DNA from: an uncultured archaeon
Lineage (GTDB): Archaea > Micrarchaeota > Micrarchaeia > Micrarchaeales > CABMGC01
Direction: 5' to 3'
Assembly (NCBI GenBank): GCA_963704435.1
Contig: OY969902.1
Span: forward strand, 360,001 to 392,000
Length of the DNA stretch: 32,000 nucleotides
A program made the position numbers and the translations under genes. Under the pieces are notes generated by a model, which did no database searches, had not been told where the DNA came from, and saw only the letters and a program-made list of their open reading frames with translations. Each line of letters starts with the position of its first letter. The stretch's first letter is position 1. Shown here in pieces: positions 25,112 to 32,000 of the stretch.

Positions 25112-26302
25112 ATGGCGTTCGGATCTCTAGGATTGCTTCTTCAGGCGTGCGGATTCGCGAGCCTGAACACCGGAGACTGGATAGGCATCAACACGCTTGT
25201 TGTCCTGCTTGGCATAACCGTGGCCGCATTCATCTACGCCTTGGCGAACTTCCTAACCGTTGAGAGGAGGGAGAAGCTAAAGGGTTATGTCAGGTACGAG
25301 ATCCTCGAGGCGGCGTTCAGCGCGATAATCCTCGTGTCTCTCATACTCATCGCCTCCTTCGCGTGCAGCGCGGGAGGCCTGCTGTACGGGCAGAGCGGCT
25401 ACACGGGCCTCTTCGCCTCATCCGACACGTACGTCGGGAACCTCCTGTTCGTAAGCGGTCTCAGCGCGCTGGGGAACATCTTCACTGTCGGAACGCAGTA
25501 CACCGTCATTTCGAACATCGCGCAGGGAATATCAGCGGGCTACCTCGAATCTATCTCAGAGAACTACTCTGTGCCAGTACTAGGGGGCTATGCCTCTATT
25601 TCACCAGACACGAAGATAACCGATCTGTTCACCAAGTTCTCCGCGCTCTTTTTCACGCTTGTCGATACGATGGCTATCTCGTTTGGAGGCCTGTTCATAC
25701 TGTTCGTTATGCTTCCAATAATAAGCGCGACCGCGCTAACTGTAGTGGCGCCTACGGCGCTTCTGATGAGGTCGCTGAGCTTCATGGGGCCTCAGTTGAG
25801 GAGGACTTCCAACCTATTCCTCGCCATGGCCATAGGCTTCTATTTCGTGCTGCCCTTGATGATAGGCACCAACGCTTATGTGGCCAGCTGCTTGAACATA
25901 TATGCATCCCCTTCGCAGCCTTCCTGCAACTATCCCTTCTTCCCAGGATATACCGGACCTTACACCCTGTTTTCGGTTTCTACATCCTCGCTGTTCGGCT
26001 CGGGCGCCACGTATCCGCTCAGCTCCTCCAACTTGCCAAGCTTTGCAAATGGCATCTCAGTTCCACTGAGCTTCTTCGGGTCTGCGTTTTTAAGCACGAG
26101 TGGTCTAGGACAGCTGTTTACTATCATATTTAACGGACCTCAACTCGCAGCGCAGTATGCCTCGGCTACCGCGGCGTACGTATTCATGGGAATCATAATG
26201 GTCGCGCTGGACCTAGGCGTGACCGTGGGCTTCATAATGGGAATCGCGAGGGGCTTGGACTCGCTCGGCAGATTTTCAGGAGGGTCGTTCTTTGGTGGTT
26301 GA
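25112..26302 (+). CDS. Tandem membrane family member 2 (most divergent)
   Basis: Polytopic; LLMRSLSFMGPQLRRTSNLFLAMAIGFYFVLPLMI aligns positionally with the family motif. Confidence 0.7.
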   Translation: MAFGSLGLLLQACGFASLNTGDWIGINTLVVLLGITVAAFIYALANFLTVERREKLKGYVRYEILEAAFSAIILVSLILIASFACSAGGLLYGQSGYTGLFASSDTYVGNLLFVSGLSALGNIFTVGTQYTVISNIAQGISAGYLESISENYSVPVLGGYASISPDTKITDLFTKFSALFFTLVDTMAISFGGLFILFVMLPIISATALTVVAPTALLMRSLSFMGPQLRRTSNLFLAMAIGFYFVLPLMIGTNAYVASCLNIYASPSQPSCNYPFFPGYTGPYTLFSVSTSSLFGSGATYPLSSSNLPSFANGISVPLSFFGSAFLSTSGLGQLFTIIFNGPQLAAQYASATAAYVFMGIIMVALDLGVTVGFIMGIARGLDSLGRFSGGSFFGG

Positions 26303-27817
26303 TTGAGGCTCGCACTGCTCATAGTTGCGCTATTCGCGCTCCTTGCGCCTTCGCTGGCAATGGCGGCATCAGGCGGATTCATCACGAACTACTCTGAGTT
26401 CTCGCTGTGGCTGCCGGTCATAGCGCTCGCGGCGACGATGAGCGTAATGTTCACCGGAATCTATTACATCATGGGAGTGGTGCTGCAAAGCAAAGACATA
26501 AAGTCCAGAGCAATCGGAGAGTTCGGCCAGGCCGTAGGTACGGTGATCATAGTGGTGGCCCTCATCGGAATACTATGGTTCGTAGGCACGAGCGAGTTCT
26601 CCCTCGTCTCAGCCCTTGCCCCGGGCTCTCTCTCAACCGTCTGCAGTCAGCTTGGCGCGTCGCAGGTGCTACTGCTCAACAGCAATGCGCAGATTAACGA
26701 CATATCCACTCCGACGAGCGTCGTGTGCTCCGCCGTGAGCTCTCTCGCATCCGCGGGAGGAGGAGCAGCGCCCGCGTCAGGGAGTTCATCGGGAGGAACG
26801 GACATAACGCCGCAGCTGGACTACGGCCTGCTAGCGAGCTATGTCATAATGGCGAACGTTACCAACCAGGCTGCGACCAATATCAACTCCGTGTACATCT
26901 TTGAGGGATGGATGCTCTTCTTAGGAGGGGTGACCGCCAATTCCGCATTCTGCGAACCACTCACTTGTGCTGCTCCGGATACGCCAGAGGCTATTGAAGT
27001 GGACCTCTTCAGCACTCCGATGGCGGGATATGGAAACCTTCTCAACATTTTCAACCCTCTCGAAACAGAATCCTGGCTGACGTTCTACATCATGTTCGTG
27101 CAGCTTTTAGTCATAATTCTGCTGCTCCTCGCATGGCCGTATCTGCTTGCTGCGGGAATGATACTCAGGGCGACGTTCCTAACCCGAAGAGCGGGAGGCT
27201 TGATTATGGCTATAGCGGTATCGATGGCCTTGATATACCCACTTATGTATGTTCTGGAGTACAGTGCATTCGCGAACCTCAACTTGAGCCCCCTTGGTGC
27301 AGGCATGACAGCGAGCGGCGCGACAGCGAACCCCCTTCTGGACATGCCGCTATATGAAAGCCAACCTAATGCCGGGCTTCTAAGCGGCTCCAGCATAGTG
27401 ACTTACGGATCGTCGGGGCTTAATTTCTTCATACTCCCCAATGCTAAGGAGGTGATTGACAGATATTCATGCATGCCTCCGACAGACCCAACAGGAGTGC
27501 CTAACTTACTTGGGGGGGAAACGGCAGTAGCTCTGTTGTATTTGGCACCCGGACTTAGCTTTGCATCCACGCTAACGGCTGCGATAAGCGGGTTCGGCGG
27601 TGGCCTAGGTGTGGTCCCATCGATAAGCGCGTTGGGCTGCTCCCCGAACAACGCGATAAACGCGGCGCTGGCGCTGATAAACCTGTACGGGGTCGTCTTC
27701 GTCCTGGGAATCGTGCTACCAGTAATAAACGTGATGATTGCAATAGCCATGGTCCAAAGCACGGCAAGGCTTTTCGGCGGAGACACGAACATACTCGGGA
27801 TAGGGAAGCTGATATAG
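26303..27817 (+). CDS. Tandem membrane family member 3
   Basis: Apparent TTG start abutting the previous stop; signal peptide MRLALLIVALFALLAPSLAMA; GMILRATFLTRRAGGLIMAIAVSMALIYPLMY. Confidence 0.75.
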   Translation: MRLALLIVALFALLAPSLAMAASGGFITNYSEFSLWLPVIALAATMSVMFTGIYYIMGVVLQSKDIKSRAIGEFGQAVGTVIIVVALIGILWFVGTSEFSLVSALAPGSLSTVCSQLGASQVLLLNSNAQINDISTPTSVVCSAVSSLASAGGGAAPASGSSSGGTDITPQLDYGLLASYVIMANVTNQAATNINSVYIFEGWMLFLGGVTANSAFCEPLTCAAPDTPEAIEVDLFSTPMAGYGNLLNIFNPLETESWLTFYIMFVQLLVIILLLLAWPYLLAAGMILRATFLTRRAGGLIMAIAVSMALIYPLMYVLEYSAFANLNLSPLGAGMTASGATANPLLDMPLYESQPNAGLLSGSSIVTYGSSGLNFFILPNAKEVIDRYSCMPPTDPTGVPNLLGGETAVALLYLAPGLSFASTLTAAISGFGGGLGVVPSISALGCSPNNAINAALALINLYGVVFVLGIVLPVINVMIAIAMVQSTARLFGGDTNILGIGKLI

Positions 27818-27830
27818 AAGAGGTTAGGAC

Positions 27831-28979
27831 ATGATAAAGGTGGTCGCTCTTATGGTGTTCGCGCTTCTTATCGCTAGCGCAGGCGCGCAGGGGCTCATCA
27901 ACATACCCGCAGGGCTGTGCCCTACCCTCTTCCCGAGCGGCGGAGCAGTATCCAGCACGGGCGTTGCGCTGGGTAACGCATCAACCTACTCGAGCATAAT
28001 AAGCATCTCGCTAATCGTGGTCCTCACCATGCTGTCGGTACTTGGAATAACGTACGCATTAGGGACCGCGTTCAACATAGAGCCCCTGAAGGCGTTCACG
28101 CGCTCCGAGCTCGCCGAGAGCATATTCAGCCTGGCGCTCATCCTGGTGCTGGGCCCTGGCCTTGCGTTCTCCGGAAGCGTAATATCCTTCATCTCTAACG
28201 TCGGGCTCGCCAGCATGCTGACGCTTCCCTCCAGCGGAACTGCAACCTTTCCCACCGCATCGGTCACGAGCGCAGGCGATGTCTACGTAGCGCTGTGCAA
28301 CAGCTACATAACTCAAGGCACGAACATAATGATATCAAATGCGTTCACGACATACGCTACGTTTACAATAATGGAGTTCATAAGATCTCTGAATTTCCCT
28401 ATCTCAGGCCAATTCGGAGTTAATGAGTTCAAGCCCTTTGCAGGCATATTCCCACTGTCGAAGGGCCTGATAAATGGCCAGCTTGAGGCATTCTATGCGA
28501 TGGTAGGCATACTGCTCGGAGTGACCTTCTTCCTCTATGTCATATATGCCATCTTCCCGCTGCTCCTGTACGCGGGGCTGTTTCTGAGGTCGCTACCGTG
28601 GACCCGCGCCGCTGGCGGCTCCTTCATCGCGATGTTCATCGCTTTCTACATATTCTTCCCAGCGATACTCTACCCTTTCTCGCTTTACATGTATTCTTCT
28701 AATGGATACACGCCACTTACAATCTCCAGCAGCGGCCAGGCCATCACTACATCGTCGTTCTTCTCAGTCGGAGCGATAGGAGCGGTGATTCCGTGGTTCT
28801 CCGGCAGCTTGATAGTCAATGAAATATACGGCTTCGCGCAGCAGGGCGCAGCAGTCGCACTGCAGATGCTTGGCGTACTCATCGCATTCGTAATCTCCTT
28901 CGACCTTGTGGAGGCATTCGGTGACCTTCTGGGAGCGCCATCGCTGCACACCAGGAAGCTTTTGGGCAAGTTGATATGA
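27831..28979 (+). CDS. Tandem membrane family member 4
   Basis: Signal peptide; AGLFLRSLPWTRAAGGSFIAMFIAFYIFFPAI; C-terminal LLGKLI. Confidence 0.75.
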   Translation: MIKVVALMVFALLIASAGAQGLINIPAGLCPTLFPSGGAVSSTGVALGNASTYSSIISISLIVVLTMLSVLGITYALGTAFNIEPLKAFTRSELAESIFSLALILVLGPGLAFSGSVISFISNVGLASMLTLPSSGTATFPTASVTSAGDVYVALCNSYITQGTNIMISNAFTTYATFTIMEFIRSLNFPISGQFGVNEFKPFAGIFPLSKGLINGQLEAFYAMVGILLGVTFFLYVIYAIFPLLLYAGLFLRSLPWTRAAGGSFIAMFIAFYIFFPAILYPFSLYMYSSNGYTPLTISSSGQAITTSSFFSVGAIGAVIPWFSGSLIVNEIYGFAQQGAAVALQMLGVLIAFVISFDLVEAFGDLLGAPSLHTRKLLGKLI

Positions 28980-30031
28980 TGAGCAACATGATACTTCTAT
29001 ACAGCATCGCGAACTATGTTACCTCGCCGTACCTCATCTGGTTCCCAGTAGTGATGTCAGGCGCACTTGCAATAGTAGGCATAATCGCTCTGGTCTACAT
29101 GCTAAGCTCGTCGATAGGCAGGGAAGACATACGGATTCAGGCGAAGATGAAGATTTACGAAATCGCAATCTCCATCCTGATGATTTTTGCGTTCCTAGTC
29201 CTCGCCACGCTCGTGACCTCGATGAACTTCGAAATGATGCTTTCCCCGTCCGGCCTCGTCCCGAAGGGCTGCACGAGCACGGTCGACATGTTCTCGCTCG
29301 CCATATGCAACCTGCACGAGTTCAATAACAACGTCCTGAACCTGACCGCACTCACTTACTGGATGGGCGTGTCGCTCTCTTTCGTGCCAAAGCTGACGCT
29401 GAATGGACAGGCCGTCGTCTCTGCGCTGACAGGCATACAAGGCTGGGGCCCAACGGCGGACGTGTCACTGCTGCCTAGCTCGTACGACGCATTCATAGGT
29501 TATCTCCTCATCGCACTGTACTTCTCCTTCATGTTGTCACAGGTGGAGATGCTACTTCTCGAGGCGTCTCTCCTGCTATTCTCGATGTTCATGGCAATAG
29601 GGCTTATAGCCAGAATCTTCGTCATCACGAGGAGCTTCGGCGGGTCGATGATTGCCCTGGCCATCGGAATCGGAATGCTCTATCCCTTCCTCGCGTGCAT
29701 AACATACGGTTACATCAATGTTGGAATGGAAGCCAATAATGCAATCTTCAGCGGCGCTACGCCTTATGTGATAATCCTGGGCATCACCTTGGCTTCGATT
29801 TCAATGATAGCCTTCACCTTGCCTGCAATCCTGGCTGCGCTTGGAGGCATATCCCTCGCGTACTTCAACGGACTGATAACAAGTGCGTTGATCTACGCAG
29901 GTCTCGCTGGAGCGGGATTATTACTGATTCCCTTCGTAAACTTCCTCATAATTGATGTTTTCATAATCGACTTCTCAAAGGTAATAGGAGAGAAGATGGA
30001 CTTCATGAAGATTCTTACCGGAATAATCTAG
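28976..30031 (+). CDS. Tandem membrane family member 5
   Basis: ATGA overlap with member 4; AIGLIARIFVITRSFGGSMIALAIGIGMLYPFL. Confidence 0.75.
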   Translation: MMSNMILLYSIANYVTSPYLIWFPVVMSGALAIVGIIALVYMLSSSIGREDIRIQAKMKIYEIAISILMIFAFLVLATLVTSMNFEMMLSPSGLVPKGCTSTVDMFSLAICNLHEFNNNVLNLTALTYWMGVSLSFVPKLTLNGQAVVSALTGIQGWGPTADVSLLPSSYDAFIGYLLIALYFSFMLSQVEMLLLEASLLLFSMFMAIGLIARIFVITRSFGGSMIALAIGIGMLYPFLACITYGYINVGMEANNAIFSGATPYVIILGITLASISMIAFTLPAILAALGGISLAYFNGLITSALIYAGLAGAGLLLIPFVNFLIIDVFIIDFSKVIGEKMDFMKILTGII

Positions 30032-30034
30032 GAG

Positions 30035-31144
30035 ATGCGAGTGGAATATCTGACGCGCACGAGATTCATAATGATCGCACTTGCCGCACTTCTGGCAATG
30101 TCCATGGGAACGGTAGGGGCCCAGACAACGTATTGCCAACCAGGGGGCACTGCTGAATCCCTAGCGCCGTGGTACTGCAGCCAGCTGAACCAGGCCATCA
30201 CGAGCGTCTGGCAGAAGTGGGAGCCAGTCGCGATAATCACCATATTCCTGTCGTTCTTCATTGCAGCGTTGATATTCATGGTAGGAATAGCAATGCGGAA
30301 CGATGGTGTGAGGAATTTCGGGGTCGGCGAGATGTATGAGGCGTCCGCCACGGCGCTGATTGCAATATTCTTTCTCACGCTGTCGGCTATACTCTTCGGA
30401 GTAATACCAGGATTCTTCGTAGGTCCGATAAATCCCTATGTCACGGCGCTGTCGTACATAAGCAATACCGTCAATGCAACGCAGGGAATCATAAAGAGCT
30501 TGTTTGCAGTCCAGATGACCGCCAGCTACTTCATTTCGTTGAAGCTACACATATACGTCTATGCATTTGGAGAGCTTACGGCGGGCGGATTCAACAGCGC
30601 GACCTTTTATGAGCCATTTGCGAAGTTCATAGCTCCATTTTTCATAGTACCTGCTAATACTATCATTTCCATGCTAACAGACGGCCTAATTTACTTGTCC
30701 GCGGAGTTCTACATGATACTCTTCCTCATGTACATCGCGGTGCCCGTGCTGCTCATACCTGGAATCATACTCAGGGCGATATTCCCTCTGAGGGGGCTTG
30801 GCGGTACGCTGATCGCCATGGCCCTGGCGTTCTATCTAATAATGCCCGTCCTCTTCTCAGTCGTCTATTACTTCACGAACACCAGCATGATAGGTACGCT
30901 GACTGCTGCAGCGGCCCAGATCACCGCGAACGGGGCGGGGACTGGGGCAATAACCAACACCGTCTCCGCCACGTCGCCTCTGGTAACCCAGGTTTCAAAC
31001 CTGGAGAGCAGCATGGGGGCGTACTTCCTCGCGATTCTGTTCTATCCTGCCTTGATACTTACAATTATCTACGTAGCGATAGTCGAGATCTCCGGTTTCC
31101 TTGGTGTGGCGGTAATGAAGTCCAAGAGGCTAAGCATGGTATGA
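30035..31144 (+). CDS. Tandem membrane family member 6
   Basis: PGIILRAIFPLRGLGGTLIAMALAFYLIMPVLF; polytopic. Confidence 0.75.
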   Translation: MRVEYLTRTRFIMIALAALLAMSMGTVGAQTTYCQPGGTAESLAPWYCSQLNQAITSVWQKWEPVAIITIFLSFFIAALIFMVGIAMRNDGVRNFGVGEMYEASATALIAIFFLTLSAILFGVIPGFFVGPINPYVTALSYISNTVNATQGIIKSLFAVQMTASYFISLKLHIYVYAFGELTAGGFNSATFYEPFAKFIAPFFIVPANTIISMLTDGLIYLSAEFYMILFLMYIAVPVLLIPGIILRAIFPLRGLGGTLIAMALAFYLIMPVLFSVVYYFTNTSMIGTLTAAAAQITANGAGTGAITNTVSATSPLVTQVSNLESSMGAYFLAILFYPALILTIIYVAIVEISGFLGVAVMKSKRLSMV

Positions 31145-31236
31145 TTGCCGTGCACAACGGTATAAAAGCTTTAAGTGGCAAGTAGGTGCGAAGCCGCGGA
31201 ACCGCTGGTTTCGGGCGGATTCGCGAGCGTGGTTGC

Positions 31237-32000
31237 GTGCCGGTATCTGAAAAATTCTTATTCACGATGCTGATACTCGTCTCCGCGACGCTCATAATAT
31301 TCACGCTGCTCTTCACCTTCTCCGACGCCGCCAAGTTCGCGCTCATCGTAGTCGCGCTGCTGCTCGACATACTGGCATTCTCTACGAAATTCTACACGCG
31401 GTTCTTCATCCCGTTCCTCCAGATGAAGGGCAGGACAGTGACATTGAGCGGCAGCGAGGCGTTCACGCTGGCGCCTACGGGCAACGCGATAGTCGTGAGG
31501 GACGGCGGAGACACCTACGCGAGCGCATTCGTGAAGATACCTTCGTACAGGTCCGCGACCGAGATGAACCCTGACGAGAAGATCGACTTCGCCAAGCTCT
31601 TCAGCAGGGCGATGACCATATCAAAGACGCCGGTGAAATTCGCGACCCAGCTGTATGTGATAAACAAGGACTCGTACATAAGCAACATAAGGAGCAAGCT
31701 GAACGAGGCCGAGGAGAGGTACAGTGGGACCTCGCTCGACAAGGGCGCCTCCAAGGAGCAGACGGAGAGGATAAAGGGGGAGGTCACGATGTGGCACAAT
31801 CTCTTCGACCACGTCAGCAAGACCCGGTCGCTGTCGCTCGAGGCCTACGCCATGGTCACCTCGCAAGGGGGCAGCGAGGAGGAGGCGGTGAACCTCGCGC
31901 TGCAGAGGGCGGACGAGATCGCCACCGGAATCAGCGCCCTGTTCGGCATAAGCGCGAGCGTCATGGAGGGCGAAGAGATGCTCAAGTTCGTGGAACCCGA
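31237..32000 (+). CDS. Partial CDS, two N-terminal TM helices then a soluble domain resembling VirB4/TraC N-terminal region; runs off the window
   Basis: Open frame (start GTG 31237, GTG 31186 or ATG 31267) encoding SEKFLFTMLILVSATLIIFTLLF...NAIVVRDGGDTYASAFVKIPSYRSATEMNPDEKIDFAKLFSRAMTISKTPVKFATQLYVINKDSYISNIRSKLNEAEERY. TATA-like tataaaag at 31161. Confidence 0.6.
   Translation, partial: MPVSEKFLFTMLILVSATLIIFTLLFTFSDAAKFALIVVALLLDILAFSTKFYTRFFIPFLQMKGRTVTLSGSEAFTLAPTGNAIVVRDGGDTYASAFVKIPSYRSATEMNPDEKIDFAKLFSRAMTISKTPVKFATQLYVINKDSYISNIRSKLNEAEERYSGTSLDKGASKEQTERIKGEVTMWHNLFDHVSKTRSLSLEAYAMVTSQGGSEEEAVNLALQRADEIATGISALFGISASVMEGEEMLKFVEP

Noticed and set aside
1-32000. Transposase/IS element, integrase, rRNA or canonical tRNA genes
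   Set aside because: None of the ORF translations shows transposase or integrase motifs; no rRNA or canonical tRNA was recognised by eye. A tool scan would be needed to exclude intron-containing or split tRNAs.

Overview
The window reads as a chromosomal segment of a small-genome archaeon. Gene content and surface-protein style suggest a DPANN/Micrarchaeota-like lineage, but that is inference, not database-checked. The left half carries archaeal housekeeping genes: eS6, aIF2-gamma, two tandem DHH phosphoesterases, a winged-helix protein, a UlaG-like metallo-beta-lactamase fold protein, KsgA/Dim1, pelota, a DedA protein, a TBP with only one recognisable repeat, eL21, DUF655 and Rpo4. Two adjacent giant surface proteins combine a pilin-like N-terminus, a Thr/Ser linker and a YVTN beta-propeller. 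They share a 3' block of 546 bp that appears 100% identical. Three toxin-antitoxin-like modules lie between the housekeeping genes, each with a palindromic or inverted-repeat operator candidate: HTH/NTase, Doc plus a small downstream ORF, and Fic. The right 12.5 kb is a co-oriented block: a MoxR-type AAA ATPase, a VirB2/TrbC-like small protein, a GT-C-like membrane protein, a 6-TM protein, six tandem distantly paralogous polytopic membrane proteins sharing an LRxhhxxRxxGGxhhA motif, and a truncated protein resembling a VirB4/TraC N-terminal region. This block is my main candidate for an undescribed type-IV-secretion-like or surface apparatus. All assignments come from reading motifs. No searches were run.
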